DNA from: Octopus sinensis
Lineage: Eukaryota
Assembly (NCBI RefSeq): GCF_006345805.1
Contig: NC_043018.1
Span: 19,468,001-19,532,000, forward strand
Reading direction: 5' to 3'
DNA: 64,000 nucleotides
Both the position numbers and the translations under genes were made by a program. The notes beneath the pieces are model-generated. The model saw nothing but the letters and a program-made list of their open reading frames with translations. It did not search any database and had not been told where the DNA came from. Positions within the stretch are counted from its first letter, which is position 1; every line of letters starts with the position of its first letter. Of the stretch, positions 1 through 14,150 are shown in pieces.

Positions 1-3000
1 GCCAGCACTGCCTTGACTGGCTCACGTGCCAGTGGCACATAAAAAGCAACATCCGAATGTGGCCAATGCCAGCACTGCCTTGACTGGCTCACGTGCCAGT
101 GGCACATAAAAAGCAACATCCGAATGTGGCCAATGCCAGCACTGCCTTGACTGGCTCACGTGCCAGTGGCACATAAAAAGCAACATCCGAATGTGGCCAA
201 TGCCAGCACTCTCTTGACTGGCTCACGTGCCAGTGGCACATAAAAAGCAACATCCGAATGTGGCCAATGCCAGCACTGCCTTGACTGGCTCACGTGCCAG
301 TGGCACATAAAAGCAACATCCGAATGTGGCCAATGCCAGCACTGCCTTGACTGGCTCACGTGCCAGTGGCACATAAAAAGCAACATCCGAATGTGGCCAA
401 TGCCAGCACTGCCTTGACTGGCTCACGTGCCAGTGGCACATAAAAAGCAACATCCGAATGTAGCCGATGCCAGCACTGCCTTGACTGGCTCACGTGCCAG
501 TGGCACATAAAAGCAACATCCGAATGTGGCCAATGCCAGCACTGCCTTGACTGGCTCACGTGCCAGTGGCACATAAAAAGCAACATCCGAATGTGGCCAA
601 TGCCAGCACTGCCTTGACTGGCTCACGTGCCAGTGGCACATAAAAAGCAACATCCGAATGTGGCCAATGCCAGCACTGCCTTGACTGGCTCACGTGCCAG
701 TGGCACATAAAAAGCAACATCCGAATGTGGCCAATGCCAGCACTGCCTTGACTGGCTCACGTGCCAGTGGCACATAAAAAGCAACATCCGAATGTGGCCA
801 ATGCCAGCACTGCCTTGACTGGCTCACGTGCCAGTGGCACATAAAAGCAACATCCGAATGTAGCCGATGCCAGCACTGCCTTGACTGGCTCACGTGCCAG
901 TGGCACATAAAAAGCAACATCCGAATGTGGCCAATGCCAGCACTGCCTTGACTGGCTCACGTGCCAGTGGCACATAAAAAGCAACATCCGAATGTGGCCA
1001 ATGCCAGCACTGCCTTGACTGGCTCACGTGCCAGTGGCACATAAAAAGCAACATCCGAATGTGGCCAATGCCAGCACTGCCTTGACTGGCTCACGTGCCA
1101 GTGGCACATAAAAAGCAACATCCGAATGTAGCCGATGCCAGCACTGCCTTGACTGGCTCACGTGCCAGTGGCACATAAAAAGCAACATCCGAATGTGGCC
1201 ATGCCAGCACTGCCTTGACTGGCTCACGTGCCAGTGGCACATAAAAAGCAACATCCGAATGTGGCCAATGCCAGCACTGCCTTGACTGGCTCACGTGCCA
1301 GTGGCACATAAAAAGCAACATCCGAATGTGGCCAATGCCAGCACTGCCTTGACTGGCTCACGTGCCAGTGGCACATAAAAAGCAACATCCGAATGTAGCC
1401 GATGCCAGCACTGCCTTGACTGGCTCACGTGCCAGTGGCACATAAAAAGCAACATCCGAATGTGGCCAATGCCAGCACTGCCTTGACTGGCTCACGTGCC
1501 AGTGGCACATAAAAAGCAACATCCGAATGTGGCCAATGCCAGCACTGCCTTGACTGGCTCACGTGCCAGTGGCACATAAAAAGCAACATCCGAATGTGGC
1601 CAATGCCAGCACTGCCTTGACTGGCTCACGTGCCAGTGGCACATAAAAAGCAACATCCGAATGTGCCGATGCCAGCACTGCCTTGACTGGCTCACGTGCC
1701 AGTGGCACATAAAAAGCAACATCCGAATGTGGCCAATGCCAGCACTGCCTTGACTGGCTCACGTGCCAGTGGCACATAAAAAGCAACATCCGAATGTGGC
1801 CAATGCCAGCACTGCCTTGACTGGCTCACGTGCCAGTGGCACATAAAAAGCAACATCCGAATGTGGCCAATGCCAGCACTGCCTTGACTGGCTCACGTGC
1901 CAGTGGCACATAAAAAGCAACATCCGAATGTGGCCAATGCCAGCACTGCCTTGACTGCTCACGTGCCAGTGGCACATAAAAAGCAACATCCGAATGTGGC
2001 CAATGCCAGCACTGCCTTGACTGGCTCACGTGCCAGTGGCACATAAAAAGCAACATCCGAATGTAGCCGATGCCAGCACTGCCTTGACTGGCTCACGTGC
2101 CAGTGGCACATAAAAAGCAACATCCGAATGTGGCCAATGCCAGCACTGCCTTGACTGGCTCACGTGCCAGTGGCACATAAAAAGCAACATCCGAATGTGG
2201 CCAATGCCAGCACCGCCGCCTTGACTGGCTCACGTGCCAGTGGCACATAAAAAGCAACATCCGAATGTGGCCATGCCAGCACTGCCTTGACTGGCTCACG
2301 TGCCAGTGGCACATAAAAAGCAACATCCGAATGTGGCCAATGCCAGCACCGCCTTGACTGGCTCACGTGCCAGTGGCACATAAAAAGCAACATCCGAATG
2401 TGGCCAATGCCAGCACTGCCTTGACTGGCTTACGTGCCAGTGGCACATAAAAAGCAACATCCGAATGTGACCAATGCCAGCACTGCCTTGACTGGCTCAC
2501 GTGCCAGTGGCACATAAAAAGCAACATCCGAATGTGGCCAATGCCAGCACTGCCTTGACTGGCTCACGTGCCAGTGGCACATAAAAAGCAACATCCGAAT
2601 GTAGCCGATGCCAGCACTGCCTTGACTGGCTTACGTGCCAGTGGCACATAAAAAGCAACATCCGAATGTGGCCAATGCCAGCACCGCCTTGACTGGCTCA
2701 CGTGCCAGTGGCACATAAAAAGCAACATCCGAATGTGGCCAATGCCAGCACTGCCTTGACTGGCTTACGTGCCAGTGGCACATAAAAAGCAACATCCGAA
2801 TGTGACCAATGCCAGCACTGCCTTGACTGGCTCACGTGCCAGTGGCACATAAAAAGCAACATCCGAATGTGGCCAATGCCAGCACTGCCTTGACTGGCTC
2901 ACGTGCCAGTGGCACATAAAAAGCAACATCCGAATGTGGCCAATGCCAGCACTGCCTTGACTGGCTCACGTGCCAGTGGCACATAAAAAGCAACATCCGA

Positions 3001-5460
3001 ATGTGGCCAATGCCAGCACTGCCTTGACTGGCTCACGTGCCAGTGGCACATAAAAAGCAACATCCGAATGTGGCCAATGCCAGCACTGCCTTGACTGGCT
3101 CACGTGCCAGTGGCACATAAAAAGCAACATCCGAATGTGGCCAATGCCAGCACTGCCTTGACTGGCTCACGTGCCAGTGGCACATAAAAAGCAACATCCG
3201 AATGTGGCCAATGCCAGCACTGCCTTGACTGGCTCACGTGCCAGTGGCACATAAAAAGCAACATCCGAATGTAGCCGATGCCAGCACTGCCTTGACTGGC
3301 TCACGTGCCAGTGGCACATAAAAAGCAACATTCGAATGTGGCCAATGCCAGCACTGCCTTGACTGGCTCACGTGCCAGTGGCACATAAAAAGCAACATCC
3401 GAATGTGGCCAATGCCAGCACCGCCTTGACTGGCTCACGTGCCAGTGGCACATAAAAAGCAACATCCGAATGTGGCCAATGCCAGCACTGCCTTGACTGG
3501 CTCACGTGCCAGTGGCACATAAAAAGCAACATCCGAATGTGGCCAATGCCAGCAGCACCGCCTTGACTGGCTCACGTGCCAGTGGCACATAAAAAGCAAC
3601 ATCCGAATGTGGCCAATGCCAGCACTGCCTTGACTGGCTCACGTGCCAGTGGCACATAAAAAGCAACATCCGAATGTGGCCAATGCCAGCACTGCCTTGA
3701 CTGGCTCACGTGCCAGTGGCACATAAAAAGCAACATCCGAATGTAGCCGATGCCAGCACTGCCTTGACTGGCTCACGTGCCAGTGGCACATAAAAAGCGA
3801 CATCCGAATGTGGCCAATGCCAGCACTGCCTTGACTGGCTCACGTGCCAGTGGCACATAAAAAGCAACATCCGAATGTGGCCAATGCCAGCACCGCCTTG
3901 ACTGGCTCACGTGCCAGTGGCACATAAAAAGCAACATTCGAATGTGGCCAATGCCAGCACTGCCTTGACTGGCTCACGTGCCAGTGGCACATAAAAAGCA
4001 ACATCCGAATGTGGCCAATGCCAGCACCGCCTTGACTGGCTCACGTGCCAGTGGCACATAAAAAGCAACATCCGAATGTGGCCAATGCCAGCACCGCCTT
4101 GACTGGCTCACGTGCCAGTGGCACATAAAAAGCAACATCCGAATGTGGCCAATGCCAGCACTGCCTTGACTGGCTCACGTGCCAGTGGCACATAAAAAGC
4201 AACATCCGAATGTGGCCAATGCCAGCACTGCCTTGACTGGCTCACGTGCCAGTGGCACATAAAAAGCAACATCCGAATGTGGCCAATGCCAGCACTGCCT
4301 TGACTGGCTCACGTGCCAGTGGCACATAAAAAGCAACATCCGAATGTGGCCAATGCCAGCACTGCCTTGACTGGCTCACATGCCAGTGGCACATAAAAAG
4401 CAACATCCGAATGTGGCCGATGCCAGCACTGCCTTGACTGGCTCACGTGCCAGTGGCACATAAAAAGCGACATCCGAATGTGGCCGATGCCAGCACTGCC
4501 TTGACTGGCTCACGTGCCAGTGGCACATAAAAAGCGACATCCGAATGTGGCCAATGCCAGCACTGCCTTGACTGGCTCACGTGCCAGTGGCACATAAAAA
4601 GCAACATCCGAATGTGGCCAATGCCAGCACTGCCTTGACTGGCTCACGTGCCAGTGGCACATAAAAAGCAACATCCAAATGTGGCCAATGCCAGCCCCTT
4701 GACTGGCTCACGTGCCAGTGGCACATAAAAAGCAACATCCGAATGTGGCCAATGCCAGCACTGCCTTGACTGGCTCACGTGCCAGTGGCACATAAAAAGC
4801 AACATCCGAATGTGGCCGATGCCAGCACTGCCTTGACTGGCTCACGTGCCAGTGGCACATAAAAAGCGACATCCGAATGTGGCCGATGCCAGCACTGCCT
4901 TGACTGGCTCACGTGCCAGTGGCACATAAAAAGCGACATCCGAATGTGGCCAATGCCAGCACTGCCTTGACTGGCTCACGTGCCAGTGGCACATAAAAAG
5001 CAACATCCGAATGTGGCCAATGCCAGCACTGCCTTGACTGGCTCACGTGCCAGTGGCACATAAAAAGCAACATCCGAATGTGGCCGATGCCAGCACTGCC
5101 TTGACTGGCTCACGTGCCAGTGGCACATAAAAAGCGACATCCGAATGTGGCCGATGCCAGCACTGCCTTGACTGGCTCACGTGCCAGTGGCACATAAAAA
5201 GCGACATCCGAATGTGGCCGATGCCAGCACTGCCTTGACTGGCTCACGTGCCAGTGGCACATAAAAAGCGACATCCGAATGTGGCCAATGCCAGCACTGC
5301 CTTGACTGGCTCACGTGCCAGTGGCACATAAAAAGCAACATCTGAATGTGGCCGATGCCAGCACTGCCTTGACTGGCTCACGTGCCAGTGGCACATAAAA
5401 AGCAACATCTGAATGTGGCCGATGCCAGCACTGCCTTCACTGGCTCACGTGCCAGTGGCA
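1..5460 (+). repeat. 67-bp tandem satellite, ~81 copies, continues past the left window edge
   Basis: Unit GCCAGCACTGCCTTGACTGGCTCACGTGCCAGTGGCACATAAAAAGCAACATCCGAATGTGGCCAAT repeated head-to-tail with few substitutions. Confidence 0.99.
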
Positions 5461-5708
5461 CATAAAAATCACCATTCAATCGTAGTCGATGGCAGCCTCC
5501 CCTGGCCTCTGTGCCAGTGGCACATAAAAAGCACCCACTACACTCTGAGAGTGGTTGGCATTAGGAAAGGCTGTAGAAAGCTGTAGAAACATTGCCAGAT
5601 CAGACTGGTACCTAGTGCAGCCTCCTGGCTTTCCAGACCCCAATCGAACCATACAACCCATGCCAACATGGAAAATGGACGTTAAACAATGATGAGGATG
5701 ATGATGAT
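5461..5708 (+). mobile_element. RTE-family 3' UTR/tail ending in (GAT)n, contiguous with the satellite
   Basis: CACCCACTACACTC..GTGGTTGGCATTAGGAA..CAACCCATGCCAACATGGAAAATGGACGTTAAAC(GAT)n; same tail as the RTE ORF2-bearing copy at 60890-62220. Confidence 0.85.
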
Positions 5709-5975
5709 AAACTTGTGCACTTTTGTCAATATGAGGTTGAGAAAATAACACACCGCTTTAGGTATTGTAGACATGTACAAGCATTTTGGTAATGTGTGTG
5801 TGTGTGAGTGTATGTATGTATGTGTGTGTGTGTGTATCTGTGTACGTGTGTCTTTCTGTTTGTGTTCCTCCCCTACCACCATCACTCCACAACCAGTGTT
5901 GGTCTGTTTATGTCCCTGTAACTTAGGGATTTGGCAAAAAGGGACTGAACTAGCAGGTCAGTAACTAGCAGGTCA

Positions 5976-5979
<4 letters not shown>

Positions 5980-6006
<27 letters not shown>

Positions 6007-6152
6007 GTTTAACGTCCGTTTTCCACGCTAGCACGGGTTGGACGGTTCGACCGGGGTCTGGGAAGCCAGGGGCAGCACCAGGCTCCAGTCTGATCTGGCA
6101 GTGTTTCTACGGCTGGATGCCCTTCCTAACGCCAACCACTCCGCGAGTGTAG
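5980..6152 (-). mobile_element. 5'-truncated RTE 3' tail
   Basis: (CAT)n-CGTTTAACGTCCGTTTTCCACGCTAGC..GGATGCCCTTCCTAACGCCAACCACTCC. Further copies near 32420-32680(-), 34555-34700(+), 40681-41018(+), 51700-51910(-), 55585-55900(-), 60080-60255(+), 63945-64000(-). Confidence 0.85.
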
Positions 6153-6689
6153 TATGGCTAAAAATTCTTTAAGGCGGTGCCCCAGCATGGCTACAGTCGT
6201 CTAATGACTGTAACAAGTAAAAGCTAGGATCAAACTTTATTTACAGATGTCAAAGTTCGTTTCCATGGAGATAATGTCTGGAACTTCCATTTCTTCTTAG
6301 TCATTTGTTTCCTGCAGTAATTTGTTTATTCGCTGCTTCAGGGGGAAATGTTTCCGTTAATTAAAGTTTATTGGCTTTTGAATAGTCATCATTGTTATTT
6401 ATTTCTGCTACATTTCCCCCCCCATGGCCATCACTGTTTACTTTGTTGTGGTAAGTGTTTGTTCTGGATGGAATCAATTGTGAGATACATTTAATTTTTT
6501 TTTTTGTCATGGTGATATTCAAATTGATGTTTATCTGTAGAGCTGTTGGAGGATGGGTGGGTGGGTGGGAGAGGTCAACTTCTTAGTTTTTTTTTTATAG
6601 TTCTTTTAATTTAGCTTGTCAAGATTGTTACTTTTTATCATAAAATAAATTTTCATTATTATTATCATCAATGTCATTGTTGTTGTTGC

Positions 6690-6728
<39 letters not shown>

Positions 6729-6765
6729 CATTATTATTATCATCATCATTATTATTGAGGCGATG

Positions 6766-6950
6766 AGCTGGAAGAATTGCTAGCATGCCAGGCAAAATGC
6801 TTAGCGATATTTTGTCTGCTGCTGTGTTCTGAGTTCAAATTCTGCCAAGGTTGACTTTGCATTTCATCCTTTTGGGGTTGATAAATTAAGTACCAGTCAA
6901 ACACTGGCTCAATGTAATCAACTAGTCCCCTCCTCCAAAATGGCTGCCCA
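6766..6950 (+). mobile_element. SINE with Deu/Nin-like central domain
   Basis: GAGTTCAAATT B-box-like motif, then TTTCATCCTTTTGGGGTTGATAAATTAAGTACCAG. Related copies near 29040-29260(-), 32085-32300(-), 40270-40475(-), 56690-56890(-). Domain name from memory. Confidence 0.65.
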
Positions 6951-6957
6951 CTGAAAC

Positions 6958-6998
<41 letters not shown>

Positions 6999-7002
6999 TA
7001 TT

Positions 7003-7558
7003 GAGCGAGAGAGCAGTGCATGCCATCAAACTGACACTGGGGTAAAATATACGAAGCCCAGAATAACCATCATGACTACCGTCTGATAAGGGTACACCAG
7101 CACATGCATCACAACCATATGTGCAAAACTTGGTGATCTCATATCAAGGTAAACAGCGCATGACCTTGCAGGTGGGGCCCAGTTAGAATTTTCTTATGGT
7201 CAAGTGGCTCATCTTGCTCAAAAGATCCCTGAATAAGGATTTTTTAAGGATGATGAACGAACCACCCATGTTTCCAGAGGTGAATTATTCAAATCCCAAA
7301 GAATCCCTCTCAACACATGGCTATGATGCTCCCCCACTACTTCTACTCATGATCAGAGATGCACGTATCGTCAGCCACTAAGGGACATGCTCAACTGGTT
7401 AAGGTCAAACAACTGACAAGCAAATCTGTGGTATTGAGCAGAATATTTGCTGTAGCCCATCTTTTATACCAAGGCAAAACAATGTACATGATAACACTTC
7501 CAATCAGTTAAGATCAGAAGCCATGAGAGCCACTGCCTGGTACTGCATCAGGGCATTT
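7003..7558 (-). mobile_element. ~555-bp non-coding retroposon inserted in a (TAA)n/(TTA)n microsatellite
   Basis: Complex sequence bounded on both sides by pure (TTA)n tracts (6960-7000 and 7557-7700); minus strand ends ..CTCTCTCGCTCAATAAT; no credible ORF. Confidence 0.6.
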
Positions 7559-7577
7559 ATTATTATTATTATTATTA

Positions 7578-7704
<127 letters not shown>

Positions 7705-8304
7705 GATGATATGCTGGTAGTACCGTTAGGGCATCAGCCAAAATTCCTTCTGGCCCTTTATTTCCTGCTTTCACATTCTGCAATGGTTGGCTCAGGCTTT
7801 TACCGTTTTGAGATGAGACCGAAAAGGACCAGCTTAGCCCTGAGATCAATGTAATCGACTAGCCCCTATCTCCTTAAATTTACTGTCTTTGAAGGGAAGC
7901 TGTTGAGCGGCCAGAATCCTTAGTCCTATGCTGGACAGAAGGTTTACTGGCATTTGGTTCCAAGCCTGCCGAGGGATGACTTTGTCTTTCAACCTTTCAG
8001 GAATGAGAAAATAAAGTACCAGTAACATACTGGGGTTGTTGATATAATTGGCTTGCCCCACTCCTAATGCTGCTGATGCTGATGCTGGTGGTGGTGTTGG
8101 TGTTGGTGATGGTGGTGGTGGTGTTGGTGTTGGTGGTGTTGGTGGTGGTGTTGATGTTGGTGGTGGTGGTGGTGGTGTTGTTGTTGGTGGTGGTGGTGGT
8201 ATTCATGTAATTTTTTTCTTTCAAAATGACATTTTAAGAGCAATTTTGCTCTAACCTTTTTCAAAAGTGTTAATTTTTTTTCCTATTTCCTTTCTCTTTT
8301 ATAA

Positions 8305-8461
8305 ATTAATACACATACACACACACATGCACAAACACACACACACACACACACACGCACACATACAAACACACATGCACACAAACACAAACATACATAT
8401 ATTGAAAGATACACACATGCACAAAAGTACACACACACACATGCACAAACACACACACATA

Positions 8462-8495
<34 letters not shown>

Positions 8496-8981
8496 TACAC
8501 AAACACACACACAAAGCCACACACACAAACTCACACACACAAACACACATGCACAAACACACACACACACACATACAAACACACACACACACTCACACAT
8601 ACACTTTTATGAACACCTTGACTCTCGTTACCAAGAAAGTAATTAACCAGATACAATCAGTCAGACACACACACAACAAAACAAAAAGCCTACTGTGGAA
8701 ATATGGAAATGACAGCGAAGCCACACACACACACACAGACACACACACACACAGACACACACACACACAGACACAGACACAGACACACACACACACAGAC
8801 ATACACACACACACACAGACACAGACACACACACACACACACACATACACACACACACACACAGACACAGACACAGACACACACACACACACAGACATAC
8901 ACACACACACACACAGACACAGACACACACACACACACACACACACAGACACAGACACAGACACACACACACACACACACA

Positions 8982-9014
<33 letters not shown>

Positions 9015-9270
9015 CACAGACACAGACACACACACACACACACATACATACACACACACACACAGACACACACACACACACATACACACAGACACATACA
9101 CACACACAGACACACACACACACAGGCACATACACACACACAGACACACACACACACACACAGACACACACACACACATACACACAGACACACACACACA
9201 CAGACACACACACACACAGGCACATACACCACACACACACACCACACACACACACATACACACACACATA
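8305..9270. repeat. (CA)n/(CAGA)n compound microsatellite with a short unique interruption at ~8605-8720
   Basis: Direct reading; explains the HT/CV-rich ORFs. Confidence 0.95.
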
Positions 9271-9896
9271 TGCAGAGAGCAGTGTTTATCATAACTTCCC
9301 CCCCTTCTTCACCAATACGCTTGTCTAGAAACATCTTTTAAAAGCCTTGTTCTTCTTCTCACTAATGCCAAAACAGAAATTTATCTTCTCCAAAGTATGG
9401 ACCATACTAAACGCCTTCTGTTATGTGGCAGCAACGGCTTCTAGGATATTGATTTATCTGCGTATAAAATGTCAACAGCAACGAATTGTAGATAAATATA
9501 TACATACATTCGGGTCACTGACAGACATGGAGACTACACTTGTTTCTTGACTGAGTGTTTTAAAAGATTTAGATTATTATTATCATGCTTTCAAGTGTTG
9601 GTGGGGGGGGGAGGGGGGAGGCAGAAGTGTGGGTGTGATGTGGTGTGGTAGGGTTGGGGTTGTGTTTTGTGTGTGTGTATGTGTGTGTGTGTGTGTGTGT
9701 TTTTTTTTTCCGGGGTTTTTTGTTTCTTTTGTTAGCAGTTTTGTGTCGATGACTGGAGAAAATTAATTCCCGGTCACTTACAATGTCCATGATTGATCGG
9801 GTTGTTATGAGAAACCTTGCAGTTCGGTTTGATAAACTAACGATTTCTCTTCGGTTACTGTATGGGATGGGTAGATAGATAGATAGATAGATAGAC

Positions 9897-9960
<64 letters not shown>

Positions 9961-9961
9961 G

Positions 9962-10020
<59 letters not shown>

Positions 10021-10182
10021 GGATAGATAGATAGATAGATAGATAGATATTAGATAGATAGATAGATAGATAGATAGATGGATAGATAGATAGATAGATA
10101 GATAGATGGATAGATAGACAGATAGACAGATAGATAGATAGATAGATAGATAGACAGATAGATAGATAGATAGATAGATAGA

Positions 10183-10943
10183 TATGTTTCTTTATTAGCC
10201 ACACAGGGCTGCACACAGATAGAACAAATTACAAGGTAGAGCTTTTCTTTTGAAGGTTTAAAATAAAAATAAAAAATAAAAAATAAAAAATAAAAATAAA
10301 ATAAAAAAGGGGGGTCGATCAAAAGGGATCGTAAAAGGAGAGAAAGAGGACAAAAAAAAGGGGGGGGTTAAAAAAAGGGGGAGAGGAAAAAAATTGATCA
10401 ATAGGGATCGTTATCACAGAAATGTCAATATGAAGTGTAAAGGGGAGGACAGGTGACGTTTACCCGTGGAAAGAAAAGCCTACGGAAAAGACCACGGTAA
10501 CCTCGGTCAATGAAGTCACATGTTATATTTCTTTTTTTTTTTTTTTTTTTTTTTTGCAATAAGCAACTCTCTGTATTAATTTTTACGGTTCATAGAATCA
10601 TAGTCAAGGTGGCTTCGTCATTCATACGTGCCATCCTTGCTACATTCACCCATCTTTTTTTTAAAACATTCACTAGACAAAACTTGCCTCTCTACTCTCA
10701 CTTTTTTCTTCAAGTGATACTTGAAGAAGTTGATGAGAGATTGACCAGAGAGGAAAGTGTTTGTCTCTAATCCTTTCAGACGCGTCCACCAGATACATTC
10801 TTTCGCCATAGCCACAAGTATGATAAAAATAGCTCTTCCTTCCCGTTTGAAGGAAGGAGGCGTGACGATATTAACGATAGACTCGGCTGATAAACCGACA
10901 CGTCCCACACGTGACAGCAGTCGTTCGACATAAGCCCACAGGT
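10183..10943 (-). mobile_element. 5'-truncated Tx1/L1-clade LINE (ORF2 C-terminus + 3' UTR) within (GATA)n
   Basis: Minus frame [75 protein letters not shown] resembles the region after the zinc knuckle of Tx1/L1 ORF2; 3' end AATAAAGAAACATA abuts (TCTA)n. Confidence 0.75.
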
Positions 10944-10946
10944 GTG

Positions 10947-10979
<33 letters not shown>

Positions 10980-10980
10980 T

Positions 10981-11019
<39 letters not shown>

Positions 11020-11020
11020 T

Positions 11021-11082
<62 letters not shown>

Positions 11083-11110
11083 CAGATAGATAGATAGATA
11101 GATAGATAGA

Positions 11111-11414
11111 TATGTTTCTTTATTAGCCACACAGGGCTGCACACAGATAGAACAAATTACAAAGTAGAGCTTTTCTTTTGAAGGTTTAAAAAATAAAAAA
11201 AATAAAAAATAAAAAATAAAATAAAAATAAAATTAAAAAGGGGGGTCGATCAAAAGGGATCGTAAAAGGAGAGAAAGAGGACAAAAAAAAGGGGGGGGTT
11301 AAAAAAAAAGGGGGAGAGGAAAAAAATTGATCAATAGGGATCGTTATCACAGAAATGTCAATATGAAGTGTAAAGGGGAGGACAGGTAAGGTTTACCCGT
11401 GGAAAGAAAAGCCT
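11111..11414 (-). mobile_element. Second, shorter copy of the same LINE (3' UTR only) within (GATA)n
   Basis: Near-identical to ~10183-10480; same 3' junction; flanked by GATA tracts. Confidence 0.8.
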
Positions 11415-11445
11415 ATAGATAGATGGATAGATAGATAGATAGATG

Positions 11446-11476
<31 letters not shown>

Positions 11477-11677
11477 GGATAGATAGATAGATAGACAAAC
11501 AGATAGATAGACTGATAGACTGAAAGATATATACAGTGGTAGATAGATATTGATATAATATATATATATATAGCGTATTATATATATATATATATATATT
11601 GTTATATTTCGGAATGGTCATTTTGCCAGTTTAACCAATATATATATATATATAATATATATATATATATAGCGCAT

Positions 11678-11715
<38 letters not shown>

Positions 11716-11987
11716 GCATACATACATACATACATATATATATATGTATATATATATGTATGTATACATACAGAGAGAAAGAGAGAGAGAGAGAGAAATA
11801 GAAAGATCAATGGGCAAAGGGATAGATTATTCAGTGTAAACAGGAAAGTCTTGGAATTAAAGGACATGTTCTTGAAGAGCATGCAGCGACATGATTGTTT
11901 GCCATGGTTTTCAAGAACATTTACCACCACCACCACCACCACAATCAATATCACCATCGTTGTCATCAGTGTCATGCCCGTCATCAT

Positions 11988-12028
<41 letters not shown>

Positions 12029-12124
12029 GCAGCACAAGCCCATCATCAACTCCACCTCCGTCATCACAGCGGTTTCACTCTCGATATCAGAGTCCTTGTC
12101 GTTCTTGTCATCACTCTCCTTTAC

Positions 12125-14150
12125 TATTGTCATCACCCTTGTCATTGCCATTGTCATCACCGTTGTCATCACCTTTATCATCACCATTGTCATCACTATT
12201 ATCATCACCATTGTCATCACCGTCGTCATCACTGTTGTCATCACTGTTGTCATCACCACTGTCATCACCAATGTCATCACCATTGACATCATCATTGTCA
12301 TCACCATTGTCATCACCTTTGTCATCACCATTGTCATCACCGTTGTCATCACCATTATCATCACCATTATCATCACCGTTGTCATCACTGTTGTCATTAC
12401 TGTTGTCATCACCACTGTCATCACCAATGTCATCACCATTGTCATCATCATTGTCATCACCATTGTCATCACCATTGTCATCACCATTGTCATCACCATT
12501 GTCATCATCATTGTCATCACCATTGTCATCACCATTGTCATCATCATTGTCATCACCATTGTCATCACCTTCATCATCACCATTGTCATCACCGTTGTCA
12601 TCACCGTTGTCATCACTATTGTCATCACCATTATCATCACCGTTGTCATCACTGTTGTCATTACTGTTTTCATCACCATTGTCATCACCGTTGTCATCAC
12701 CGTTGTCATCATCATTGTCATCACCATCGTCATCACCGTCGTCATCACTGTTGTCATCACTGTTGTCCTCACACTGTCATCACCAATGTCATCACCATGT
12801 CATCACATTGTCATCACCGTTGTCATCACCATTGTCATCACCATCGTCATCACCGTCGTCATCACTGTTGTCATCACTGTTGTCCTCACCACTGTCATCA
12901 CCAATGTCATCACCATTGTCATCACCGTTGTCATCACCATCGTCATCACCGTTGTCATCACTGTTGTCATTACTGTTGTCATCACCACTGTCATCACCAA
13001 TGTCATCACCATTGTCATCATCATTGTCATCACCATTGTCATCACCATTGTCATCACCATTGTCATCACCATTGTCATCATCATTGTCATCACCATTGTC
13101 ATCACCATTGTCATCATCATTGTCATCACCATTGTCATCACCTTCATCATCACCATTGTCATCACCGTTGTCATCACCGTTGTCATCACTATTGTCATCA
13201 CCATTATCATCACCGTTGTCATCACTGTTGTCATTACTGTTTTCATCACCATTGTCATCACCGTTGTCATCACCGTTGTCATCATCATTGTCATCACCAT
13301 CGTCATCACCGTCGTCATCACTGTTGTCATCACTGTTGTCCTCACACTGTCATCACCAATGTCATCACCATGTCATCACCGTTGTCATCACTATTGTCAT
13401 CACCATTGTCATCACCATCGTCATCACCGTCGTCATCACTGTTGTCATCACTGTTGTCCTCACCACTGTCATCACCAATGTCATCACCATTGTCATCACC
13501 GTTGTCATCACCATCGTCATCACCGTCGTCATCACTGTTGTCATCACTGTTGTCCTCACCACTGTCCTCACCACTGTCATCACCAATGTCATCACCATTG
13601 TCATCACTGTTGTCCTCACCACTGTCATCACCAATGTCATCACCATTGTCATCACCGTTGTCATCACCATCGTCATCACCGTCGTCATCACTGTTGTCAT
13701 CACTGTTGTCCTCACCACTGTCCTCACCACTGTCATCACCATGTCATCACCATTGTCATCATTGTTGTCCTCACCACTGTCATCACCATGTCATCACATT
13801 GTCATCACCGTTGTCATCACCATCGTCATCACCGTCGTCATCACTGTTGTCATCACTGTTGTCCTCACCACTGTCCTCACCACTGTCATCACCAATGTCA
13901 TCACCATTGTCATCACTGTTGTCCTCACCACTGTCATCACCAATGTCATCACCATTGTCATCACCGTTGTCATCACCATCGTCATCACCGTCGTCATCAC
14001 TGTTGTCATCACTGTTGTCCTCACCACTGTCCTCACCACTGTCATCACCAATGTCATCACCATTGTCATCATTGTTGTCATCACCATTGTCATCATCATT
14101 GTCATCACCATTGTCATCACCGTTGTCATCACCATTGTCATCGCCATTGT
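12125..14150. repeat. 12-bp minisatellite (GTCATCACCATT-like) with internal block duplications
   Basis: Unit seen directly; rare variants recur 573 bp apart (12568/13141, 12668/13241) and ~310 bp apart (13561/13870). Confidence 0.95.

Noticed and set aside
1-67. NFI sites (TGGC..GCCA) in the satellite unit
   Set aside because: Spacers are 4 and 6 nt, not the required 5.
156-2393. Series of 76-77-aa ORFs
   Set aside because: Frame-cycling translations of a 67-bp unit; they depend on single-base indels that may be homopolymer sequencing errors.
1-5460. CRISPR-like regular array
   Set aside because: No unique spacers, no cas genes, eukaryotic context; it is a pure tandem repeat.
7490-7558. 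HDV-like or hammerhead ribozyme at the 5' end of the TAA-inserted element
   Set aside because: Helix order does not fit the HDV fold; CTGATGC and CTGACGA lack a matching GAAA and helix II.
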